In this document: positions 47,958 through 62,459 of the stretch, one piece after another | How the letters are laid out: the number at the start of each line of letters is the position of its first letter | How positions within the stretch are numbered: position 1 is the stretch's first letter | NCBI RefSeq assembly: GCF_009914755.1 | Contig: NC_060938.1 | Source: the human T2T-CHM13v2.0 reference genome, Homo sapiens | DNA: 64,000 bases | Direction: 5' to 3' (one strand) | Made by a program: the position numbers and the translations under genes | The notes under the pieces: generated by a model | Told to the model about the DNA's origin: nothing | Seen by the model: only the letters and a program-made list of their open reading frames with translations | The model's database searches: none

Positions 47958-48815
47958 CTTTAAAAGAATATGCAACGAAATATGAAAAAATATTAAGTTT
48001 TAAAATATTAATCTTAATATTACAAAATACCAGAGGTGGCCTACTTTCAATTATATGTTTAATGTATGTATACTAAATGTGTATCAAAAAGGCTACATGT
48101 TCCAAATATTAACAATGGTCATCCTGAATAAGTGGAATTACTTCTTTTTTCCTTTAAATATCTATTTTCCAAATTTCCTATAATTAATACATAATAGTTG
48201 TTTAAATTATGAATGGGTGGGAGGCCTATCTTGTAAGTACCATATGCTGATGACTTGTATGATTTCAACAGGCAATTTTCCATAGTAAAGTATGGAATTA
48301 GTGACACGTCAAAGAATAAAAGTTCCTCAAATAGAGCTGGGGGACACTAAAAACGGGTTCTTAGGCCCTCAAAACCAGTAAGGAAAGTTATTAAGTTAGT
48401 GGATGATGCATTGCCAGGTACTTCCAGATCACAAATTTTCTTCATCTCCAGCCTTACCTCTTCTGCCATAGAGAACTAACCTGGACAATATGCTCTCCTG
48501 ATTATATCACAAATACGCTCCATCCATTCTATGAGCAATTTCTGATTATTCTTTTTTTTAGTTTTGTACATAAGAACACTGCCTGCCTGGACTTTTGCAA
48601 AATTCCTTGTATACACAAAATTAACAACATAATAAAGCTTTCTTGTCTCTTCTTTGGCAATTCTAAAAAGACTGAATCAGTGAAGGCCCTAACACTTCTA
48701 GGAATGCACACTACACCCAGCCACCCACCAGCAGATGTAAACAGAGATGTCAACCCTGAGACTAAATCAGGGGCTAGCTGCCAAACACTCAAACTTCACT
48801 TGTTTCTTGCCAGTA

Positions 48816-49138
48816 CAGTAAGCCCCTTTGCCCATGATTTCACTTTCTAGTTTCAGTTACCATTAGTCAACCAGGGTCCGAAAATATTACAGTCAAGATA
48901 TTTTGAGAGACAGAGACCACATTCACATAACTTTTATTACAGTATAATATTATAATTGTTCTACTTTATTACTATTGTTGTTAATGTATTACTGTGCCTA
49001 ACTTATAAATTAAATTTTACCATAGGTATGTATACATAAGACAAAACATAGTATACATAGGGTTCAGTACCATCTGCAGTTGCAGGCATCCACTGCGGGG
49101 CTTGAAACTCATCCCCCACAGATGAGGGGGGACTACTG
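48816..49138 (-). mobile_element. MER44A-like (Tigger family) MITE
   Basis: TA-flanked CAGTA...TACTG; reverse complement CAGTAGTCCCCCCTCATCTGTGGGGGATGAGTTTCAAG... Confidence 0.8.
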
Positions 49139-49971
49139 TATGTCTAAGGCAAAGCACACACTTGAGTCATCTGTGGCAGCAAGTGATATAAATGAGGTAT
49201 CTGTGCTAAGCCATCAACATAGTCAAGACACCTATTTAAAAAAAAAAAAGGAACATAGCAATCCTCAAAGGTTCCAATTAGTCACTTAGCTTTAACTTGT
49301 AACACCAAGATACAACTGGAATTTAGATACAAGACTTGAATGGAAATTCAGCATGGGGGAAGTTGTGTAACAAGATTTTGACAGGCATCTGGATTTGCAA
49401 AGAATTCCTCCTCCTGAGTAATGTTCTTGGAAGGAAACAAAGACTTTCCAAAGTACGGAAGTATAGCTCAGCAGGCTAAGAATTAAAACTGGAGACTCAA
49501 CCAGAGTGACAGTTGGCCTCCACCCTGGAAAATCTCTACCTACTCATCTGTAAAATAATAGGGCATCACCAATTTAATCAAAACCATGTTCAGGGGCAAT
49601 GAAACTGCAGATACAATGTACTGGCAGAGTAAGCCACTTAGGAGTTTAACACTTTACTTGAGCAAGTCCTTTTTAAATGCAGAACCTCATGACTTTCCCT
49701 ATTGAGGGAAAAGGTCAGAAGACCCAGAGTTTAATCCTGATTGTACTACTCACTAGTTGTAACCTACTGAGCAAATCATTTTACCTCTTTGCTCCTTTGT
49801 TTACTTAGATGTAAAATTAAAGACTTCTATTAGACGATCATTAGTCCTTTCCAGCAACAAAATTCTGTAATTCTACAGAGACATCAGAAGCCTAAGATCA
49901 CAAATGAGAGTGGTGAAAACAGGACTCCAACCAGATCACTTAAACATTTCACAACATGAAAGACATTCTAG

Positions 49972-51529
<1,558 letters not shown>

Positions 51530-51942
51530 TTAAGCCTATAACATTTTTTTCTTGCTTATTTAATTCTTATTTATCATTCATATTTTACAGATGACTGTAA
51601 CATGGTTTTAATATCAATATCACATCCACTTTTAGTTAAACACTCCTCAGGAAAAATTTCAACTCAGTGGAGAATCATTCCTCAAAATACCTTTTCTCAA
51701 AATCAACTCTACAAAGAACAACAACCCATAGGAAGACTGTAAAAACAAAAAAAAGTACAAGTAAACAGTATAATAAGAACTATAAGATGATGTATATAGA
51801 AAGGATGGAGTAACATTAGCCTCTGGACCTGGCATGTTCATAACGGTTTCAGCCTTTTTTTTCCCTTTCTAATAAAAGGCAAGTGACTAACTAACCACTC
51901 TGCTTCTCAGCCTCTATCTGGTACCTTAAAAGTGGCAGCGGA

Positions 51943-52381
<439 letters not shown>

Positions 52382-52414
52382 TTACTTGCATACCAGACAG
52401 TGCAATAATTATAA

Positions 52415-52760
52415 GCAGGTGACCATATAACTTATCCTTTAAACTGGGACCTTTTTTTCTTTTTCTTTTATTATTATACTTTAAGTTCTAGGGTACATGT
52501 GCACAACGTGCAGGTTTGTTACATATGTATACATGTGCCATGTTGGTGTGCTACACCCATTAACTCGTCATTTACATTAGGTATATCTCCTAATGCTATC
52601 CCTCCCCTGTCCTGCCACCCCACAACAGGCCCCAGTGTGTGATGTTCCCCTTCCCTAAACTAGGACCTTTTTAAGAATGAAAGGAACACTAATAATTACA
52701 CTGGGACAATGGGAGAGCTTCAGATGGTCCCAAGTAAATCAGGATAAATGATTGGCTTGG
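52415..52760. mobile_element. hAT-Blackjack MITE (MER94/MER81-like), split by L1PA
   Basis: GGTGACCATATAACTTATCC..AAACTGGGAC // TTTTAAGAATGAAAGG..TAATAATTACACTGGGACAA..GTCCCAAGTAAATCAGGA. Confidence 0.55.
52457..52655 (-). mobile_element. L1PA 3' end (about 200 bp, heavily 5'-truncated)
   Basis: TTATTATACTTTAAGTTCTAGGGTACATGTGCACAACGTGCAGG...; TSD TAAACT(G/A)GGACCTTTTT. Confidence 0.92.
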
Positions 52761-53075
52761 TTACAAAGGATCCCAACAATCAACAAGGCAGGCAGGTGAC
52801 GTAGAGTTACCTAATGAACCTTATTAAGTAATCTTGCCTCATCTTATCAACTGGCAGAAGCCCCAGCAGAGGCAGAAGGGAATACAGGAATCAGTCCTCC
52901 TGCCAACATTATCTCTGCTATGTGGATCCATTATAAACCTGTCAATTTCCTCAGATGCCATTTTCTCAATGACTCCTACATAATCCCAGCCCTTTGGAAT
53001 ATAACTTTCATTTTTTAAATTGGCCCTAATAGGAAAACAGTACTAGAGCACATGGACTTGATCTATGAATTATCA

Positions 53076-53390
<315 letters not shown>

Positions 53391-54655
53391 ATGAATAAAG
53401 TGGCAGGGCATGGGAAGATCAGGTAACTAAAGTGACAAACTACTACTGTCAAGTCTTTCCCTAAATCTCTGATTTAAGAAAACTGACAGGAAGAGCAAAC
53501 TGAGTCCAAGACCGGAACCAATGGAGCAACCTTTCTTTTTACCCATTCAGTGAATGGCCATGAAAGTGAAATGCCTTCTTTTCCACAGAAGCAGAGTGAC
53601 GTTGTGGTGACAGAAGCAAATTTTACTTACAAGAACACTATGCTTCAAGCTCATTAAGGATTAAACAGGCTTATCATCTGGTCTAGCAGTTACACCTCCC
53701 TTTATGATACTGTGTGTGTGAAAAAGTGCTTCCAAATGACTTACTAGCACTCTCTGAGCAAATCAGCCCATATTAGGTTTACACTTTCTTCCAAAAAGCA
53801 CTTTATTCTGAAGCACAGTATTCATCTGTGGCCCAGACAGGTATTTTCTCCCCATGTATAACTATATGAGGAAAGACACCTATTTGTTGACTGAAATTCA
53901 GTCAAATGTAATCATTCAGCATGACTTGGGCAGATATTAAACTCAAATTACAGGTTCAGTAAATACACATATATTGTTTTTACTTTTAACTGGGCTAACA
54001 GACAAGAGAAACCAACTTGATAACTAGAGTATACCTACTCCTAATCAGACTAAAGTAGGGAGTTAAACCCAGTGGGAGTTAGTCACATGGTTACGTATGG
54101 AATACACAGAGTGTGAGGAAGAAGGAGACTTTAGATAACTGCAAACATCAGAATCTAGGTGAGGTGAGTGCTAGCACCAAGAGACATCTGCTTGAGAAGT
54201 AAGTACTGTGGCTGTGATGAGAACCCTGCTTACTGGCTCCCAGTCCACTCCCATCTTCACAATTCCACCCGTCATCCTCCACTTACATATAAAAGTGAAA
54301 AACTGCAGATAGCAAAATATGAGTGATAGCATCAAGAGAGGAGAATGAAGGAGAAAAAAAATCAGATCCTTTAAAAATGCATATAACATTGTAAAAATTT
54401 CAAAGCAGTTAGCATGTCTCAGAAAACATTCAGACCCAACCTGGAAATCTAGCTCCACCATAAACCATGGGAGCTTTCATAAGTTACCTAACTTCTGTAA
54501 GCCTCAGTTCCCTCATATGTAATATAAGGATAATAATACTACCCTAACTTACAAAACATTCTTTTAAGTGTTACATATGCCTGGCACATGAAATGCCCCC
54601 AAATAATATTTGATAAATAAATGACATCAAATATTAGCTATTTAAAAAATCTGTT

Positions 54656-54691
<36 letters not shown>

Positions 54692-54962
54692 CAGCAATGT
54701 CTCAGCTGAACATTGGGCGAGGCATTCCTTAATTTGGTAGGCGCCGGGGAGTGCTGCAGATCAGCAGGGGATGTGAAACAATGACAGTTACATTTTGGGA
54801 AGCTTATATTATAATGGCAGTGGCGACTAATAAGTACTAAAACTGAAAAGAACAAAAACTTGAAAAGCGGTTATTGGAACCAAATTTTCTATAAAGTAAC
54901 GGATCATGGTTATAAAAAAATCTTTTTTCACCCCTAGAATTACGTTTCACATCATTTTTTTA

Positions 54963-55061
54963 TGACTAGTCAAGTGAAGCAATAGGAGTGGAAAAGGAAC
55001 AAAGAAATCTGTAACTGGTTGTGATCAATTAGTTGTAAGCACCACTGCATTCAGACCCGCC
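54963..55061 (-). pseudogene. Y3 RNA (RNY3) retro-pseudogene
   Basis: Reverse complement GGCGGGTCTGAATGCAGTGGTGCTTACAACTAATTGATCACAACCAGTTACAGATTTCTTTGTTCC...CTTGACTAG closely matches hY3. Short A tail; degenerate TSD at 54942-54958 / 55062-55078. Confidence 0.92.
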
Positions 55062-55398
55062 ATATTTCACTTCATTTTAACCACAAATAATGAATTCTAT
55101 TTTTCCACTAATGCACTGCCTGTTCTCTGGATTACAGAACTCTCAGCAGTAATTTATCAATGTCCTTCCTTGATTCTTTAGCACTCACTTATGACAATTA
55201 ATGCAAAACCTTCAAATCTCCTTGCCTTTCTATACTACAAATCTCATTGCCTTTCTACACTACAGGTAACGCTGGCTATTTTCCAAGTGGCAAATAAGAC
55301 ATGTAAAGTGCTTAGCAGAAGGCCTGGCATACGTTACAAGATAAAAAAAAAAAAGTTAAATAATAATTTTCATTGTTATTAAGATTAAAGGGGCACAA

Positions 55399-55692
<294 letters not shown>

Positions 55693-56189
55693 AGATTAAA
55701 GGGGCACAAAATGGGTACTCAATAAATATTTTAATGAGTAAATAAACATACTTAAGTAAAACAAGTTAACCTTATTTACAGCAAAACACAGAGATATAAT
55801 TTATCATTTAAGAGAAGCAACCAGAGTTGTACATGTGCTCCAGAAACTGCTAACATTCAGCTTTCAATTCCTTAGGACAGATCCAGAAAATGTGACCTGC
55901 CTACAAAGGGAAAAGAGAGAAACAGCACCTGCCTGGGAGCAATGAGTCCTACTTAGAGTCCCGACAGCCAGAGACAATGCAGACAGCTCTGGGCAAGTCA
56001 CTTGTCTAGATCTCAGCTCCCTTTCCTGTAAAATGAAAATCCTTCCATTTCTCCGATCCCATGCAGAAAAGAGAAGATATAAAAGGGTTACTTAATGCAG
56101 TATTTCACAAGCTTCAATCTTGATCATCTTTTCATTTTTGCCATATCAACATAACACTTTTATTGTTTTTCTTTAAATTGATTTGCATG

Positions 56190-56425
56190 ATGATGGCTCA
56201 CTGCAGCCTTGACCTTCCAGGCTCAAGCAATCCTCCCACCTCGGCCTCCTGTGTAGCTGGGACTAAAGGTGCACGCCACCATACCCAGCTAGTTTTTAAA
56301 TTTTTGGTAGAGGTAGGGTCATGCTATGTTAACCAGGCTGATCTCAAACTCCGGGGCTCAAGTGATCCTCCTGCCTCTGCCTCCCAAAGTGCTGGGATTA
56401 CAGGTGTGAGCTACTGCACCTGGCC
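56190..56425 (-). mobile_element. Partial Alu (J-like)
   Basis: Antisense; lacks the tail end. Confidence 0.85.
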
Positions 56426-58489
56426 TTAATTTACTTAAAAATTTAACCTCACCTTAAGTAATAAAATCATTAAAAATATTTTATTCACGTTAGCTGATTT
56501 TTCTAATGTGTCTAAAGATAAATTAACTACTCAACTTTAAATATTCACTCAAAGATTATCTAAATTCATCTAACATATCCAAACTTTGGCAAATGGTAAC
56601 CTAATTTTTATAACTGAAAATAAAAAAAAAATTTTTAATTTCCCATACTATAGCAACATAAGAAAATCAAAAAATTTAAAGGACAGGGAATTGAGTAGAA
56701 AAGAAATAGAATTTCATATTCCCACAATAATGTAAGGGTTAATTCAAATTAATATTCAGTTATTTTATAAGAATATTTTTTAAACAATGTGAGGCAACAA
56801 AAATTGAAAACAGAACTGATTCCTTCTTAACTTAGGTAATCTTCATCTGAATTAGGATTTTATTTCCTTTAACTTTAAAAGACTTTCATTCCACCCTTGA
56901 GTATCTAAATTCAGACTAAAATAAGAAAAGCAATTAGTTTCTTCTTTCTTAAGACCATAAAAAGAAGACAGAGATTAAAATTAAGTGCCATGTTTATTAG
57001 CAATGGAAGTGCTCTTATAAACTTATGCTCTCTTTGCCTTGATCAATGCATGAGAAAATAAATGCACCTACTTCTTAACTTGGAATTAAGAGAGTAGTAT
57101 GCATTTGTGTGACAAGTTTTACTAGTCAATAAAGTTTCCCTCATCTAAATGACTCCAACTGTACTTTACAAACAAATCCATCAATAATCAGTGAAAGCAC
57201 GTGCTTGTACCTGGGCTGACACTTCCTTTCAATGTGGTGGCCAAAATACATAACTGAGGACTCTTGCTCTCTTTAGGAAATCTTAGCTATCAAAAACACA
57301 TTGGCATAAATCAAATTAAAAATGATCCTTTGAACAATACCGAGCACAAGGACAACTTTTTGATGTATTAATAACAATGTCTAATGTGACTAATGATCAG
57401 CAGCTAAACCTCACTAGGTTATTTTAAAGTAGAAGTGACAAACCCAGGCATAAATCTAAATTTGCCAACCTTTGATAGGTATCAATTAGCTGACTAAAGA
57501 ACCAAGTAGGACAAATAATGTGTATCTATAAATATTCACATTACTTTATCCTTATGACATGATCTTTATAATTTATCATAGCAAAGTTCCTCAGGGCCAT
57601 CTCTACAGGCCTTCTTTCTTTCCCACCAAATCTCACAGGCAAGAGCATTTTTGCTGTATTAAGTATAGCAAACCAGAGGAAAAAAAAATCTATTAAAGTA
57701 TCATAAGGTAGAGGGGATATCTTTTAAAAGGTCATGAAATGTTACAAATGAGAACTGAACACTCCTAAAACACCAGCTTTTTGAAAACATAATTTATACC
57801 TGATTCATTGTCCCTGTTCTCATAGCTCCTGTTTTACAAACAGTATGCACTCAAAAACTATTTGTTGCACTAATAAATAGATCAAATAATAAAATACCTT
57901 CACAGCAATGAATTATCAGTAAATAGAAAAGGCCAGAAGAAAATTTGAAAACTGATTCCTCAATTACCTTGTTAAAATGTCTATACTATGAAAGCTTTTC
58001 AAAGACAAAAACCTGCTCTACCACTGGCCATATTTCTCCTGATAAGTAACTACCGAACCAACAAATTCATTCTAATTAAATGAACAGCTTTAATAAAGTC
58101 AGGCTTTATTTAACTGGCTAAAGCCAAACGACTTACCTGCAGATAATGTGCTTTTAGACTAATTTATCTACAAAAAACTGATTTCATAAAACGTGATATA
58201 AACTAGTGACTGGGAAACAGGAAATGACCATTAATTAATAGGTTCAAATTAAGCATATAGGTGTAATAATAGCTATTATTCAATGCTTAAAAATACTCTT
58301 TGATGACAGTACTGGTTAAGCTTATTCACAAAGTATTTTGAACAGTTCACCTCATGGAGATCTTTCTCAATATTTCATGGTGTACTGTGCCATGTGCAGT
58401 ATATGTTAGATGTTGAAGGTATCAATCTCCTGAAAGCCTTTTGTGACATTCAAGGGAAACAACAACAACAGTTGCAGCAGCAGTAGCAA

Positions 58490-58700
58490 CAGCATGGGTT
58501 AGGCCCTTGTGCTAAGAATTTTACAAATGTTATTTCATTCAATCCTTACCACAACCCTGTAGGGTATTATTATCCTTATTACATGGGTGAGGAAACAGAC
58601 AAGAGAGGATAAGTGACCTGTCAAAAGCAACCCAGGTACCAAGCAGCTGGGTTGGTGTTCACCCCAGGCAGTCTGACTTCAGAGTTCATACTCTACAATC
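58490..58700 (-). mobile_element. MIR
   Basis: ATTTCATTCAATCCTTACCACAACCCTGTAGGGTATTATTATCC...GGTGAGGAAAC. Confidence 0.75.
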
Positions 58701-59519
58701 TCTCTATATAGATTATGGCTCCTTATAATGATCAATATGGTCAGAGACCCATTTGAACTAGAAATAGGCTAAATAGTTATCCCCATTTATAAGTATTATG
58801 ACCAAGCAACTAAATGACTCTCCCCATTCACAACTCCTACATAATTAATACTTTGAAACATCATAGTTGCTCATGCTATTTGAAAAACTTCTAAAGGTAC
58901 TTTTCCTATATTTAGTCATAAGCACACAAAAAAGATAATAATCTCTCACTATAACTCAAAACTTCATACTTATGGGTTATTCTGCTAGCTCTATAAGTTC
59001 CAATGCCTTAAACTTCGATTCAGGGGAAATAATATAGCCACTCTCATTCCAAAGAGCCAAATCTTTGTTTTTGTTTACTGCTAAGATGACTTGCACAAGC
59101 CCTTTACAACATATAAAAAGGCGGAGTAACAATCCAAGTCAAATGCACATAGAGATACATTCTGATTGGTCATCCAATCAGAGCCCTAAAAGATGTTCAT
59201 TTTCTTCGCAAAAAAAAAAAAAAAAACTTTAAACAAACATATAAAGGACCCCATTCTAAGAAAAAGGAAAAGCATAAGAGGAGGCAATGAGAGCAATTTA
59301 GAGTACTAGATGCAACCAAAGACCTAAAGGGTAAACCCAAGATATCCCCTAAATATGCGTACTACTGTAACCTCATTGATGTTGTTAGGATCTCTTGTAA
59401 GTGGCACTTCAAATACAATGTTGTTCCCCATCCCTCAAAGGACTAACACACATAAATATTCTAAGAAGAGACTACAATCATCAAGTATAAGCTAGTCTTT
59501 ATAAAAAGTAATGTTAACG

Positions 59520-59826
<307 letters not shown>

Positions 59827-61709
59827 TCACTCAAAATCAAGTTCATAAAGCACCTTCACATATAACATTTCATTGACCATTCACTACCCCCATTCATCTA
59901 CCAGTGAGGGCAATCTGTTATCCTCATTTTACAGATGAGTAGTGAAGGTACTTACCTAAAATCAAACACTTTGTGACTGGTAGAGCCTCCAACTCAAATC
60001 ACATGACATCAAATCCCAAGCACTTTCCACACCACATTGTGCCTCCACATTCCACATCAAAAAGTCACAAAACTATCCTGTCTGGCTAATCTGCACTGGT
60101 CTATTAACAATACTGTAATAACAAATGTCTGTTATTAATGACACCATGTGTTATGAATACAAAAGAGAAAGAAAACAAACTCAGTATTTTCTCTGAGAGG
60201 CCTGGCGCTCTGTTCAGCACCCAACCTATACTTTAACTAACATAGTTCTCACAACAAGCCCCTCAGGTAGGTGCCAATATTCCAACTGTATACCTCAGAA
60301 AACACATTCAGAGAGGCTTAGTAACTTGACTAAAGTCACAGATTAAACAAATGACACAGCAATGATGTTAACCACATATCTGCTATACCACACTGCCTAA
60401 CCCAGTATCACAGCGATGCCCCTTTCTGGTCATAAACAAGAAAAATCAAGTACTTTTTCGGTTAAAGTATCTTAACGTGTCAAATAACCATTTCTCCACT
60501 TGTTGCTGTCATAATTTCACTTCCAAGCACAGCACCTTTTCTCCTTCCTGATTTTCTCCGGTTTACTCAATATCTGCTGGCCTCACTGTGCCCTGGAAAA
60601 GGGGATAGCTGTTGGAACAGAAAAGTGATGTATTATTAACTAATAGTACTTTACCCAGCCACAGGAATCATGCAAATATTATTTCTGCCCTGGGTATAAG
60701 TTAATTCTATCAAGTAGTATGTGTCAGTTACCAGAAATGTGAGCCTGCCCAAACAATTATGAAATGAAAACAATGAACAAACTATGAACAATCTATCATT
60801 TTAATCACAGCTCTCTAAGGGCTTTCCAAACCAGACAAGACACAAGAACAACAAAATGCATAAAAGTAATCTCATTACCATCCCAGAGTCTGGCATCCCA
60901 CTACATTACAACATTGGGGATACATAGCATTAGCCTCAGAATACTGTGCTCCCCCACTCAGGTGTTGACTGCTAATGAGAGACAAAGATAGATAAGAAAA
61001 AAATATAAACATGACACTAGTTTTAAACGTGGGAAAATTATTGAAGGACTTCCCAGAAAAAAATTCAATTAGCTTTAACAAGTTAAGGTTAATTAGGACT
61101 CCCAAAGGGGGCTTCCTTATCTGAAGCAAACAGGAGGAACTTTCTGTTAACACAGCTGTGTACTCATAATGGAAGGTAAATAGCTAAAAAGGCTTTAAAC
61201 CAAAACTCTATGTTCAAGGAACAAATAGGAAAAGCTAGGTGTATCTTAGCCAAAATGGAGGAGCGATGGAATAGCCTGCTGATAGGACTAAGAACAGGAA
61301 CAGGAGTAGATAAAAAGGAAACAGGAAGAACTGAGCTAGAGGGAGTATGGGGGGAAGGAAAAGGAGCAAGGGGCAAAGAAGGCTGGAACCCAGGAAGTAC
61401 TGATGGAGATGGGCAACACAAGCCTAGAAGAGTAAGGAAATAAATACCCAGAATCGAAAGGTCTGCCAGAGCCTCCTCTGTGGAAATGACCCTCCTCTTT
61501 CACAGGCTAAAATTAAGATAAAGGAAATGACCTGGCCAAGACTAGAGAAAATAGAGTTCATTTAAGATACAGGGGAGCGTCCTGCCCAAGGATAAAAGTA
61601 GTAATAACTGGTAAAGAACATTTCGTGCTTTTAAAAATGTAACTTCAAATAGATAAATTATGTGGCATGGAAATTATCTCAATAAATTTGTTATTTTTTT
61701 TAAAGTGTG

Positions 61710-62017
61710 AGCTAGGCATGGTGGCTTATGCTTGCAATCTCAGCACTTTACGGGGTGAGGCAGGAGGATTACTTAAGGCCAAGAGTTCAAGACTAGCCTG
61801 GGCAACATAGGGAGACTCCACCTCTACAAAAAAAAAAAAAGTTTAAATTACCTGGGCATGATAGCACCTGCCTGTAGTCCCAGCTACTTGGGAGGCTGAG
61901 GTGGGAGGTTAGCTTGAGCCTGGGAGATCAAGGCTGCAGTGAGCAGTGAGTGATAGCCCACTGCACTCCAGCCTGGGCAACAGAGTGATACCCTGTCTCA
62001 AATAAATACGTAAATAA
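61710..62017 (+). mobile_element. Alu (J-like)
   Basis: Full dimer with a TAAA tail. Confidence 0.88.
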
Positions 62018-62459
62018 AGGTGTGTCAAGCTGGGCAACGTGTGACTACTTACAATTCCGTTAACATGATTAGTTCAGTTGTCTCTAAAAGAGTACCCCCA
62101 AATTCCCTCACTCGGTAGGTAAAGTTTACTTGTGTCTGGGAACTTCTCTGTTGTAATACATCGGGAGTTTTATGAATACATAAAAAACAACAGCAGGGAA
62201 ACTGGGAGCTAGGTCTATAAAGAAGAGGTCTTCCCCCATTTTTGCTCTTCAAATTTATTTGATAAAATTTTATACGGTGCTGTGGGGGAAGGAGGCTTTT
62301 GTCTGAAAGATCAGGTTTCTTCAGAGGATGATCTAGGGCCAAAATCTACCTAGTCAAAGGGAAAACGATCTGGGGTACAAAAGTCAAGTCAGTTCTGGAC
62401 AGACCCCAGAAGGTTTATCATAAAATGATCACAGAAGACCTTTCTCTTTGCTACCCCCA

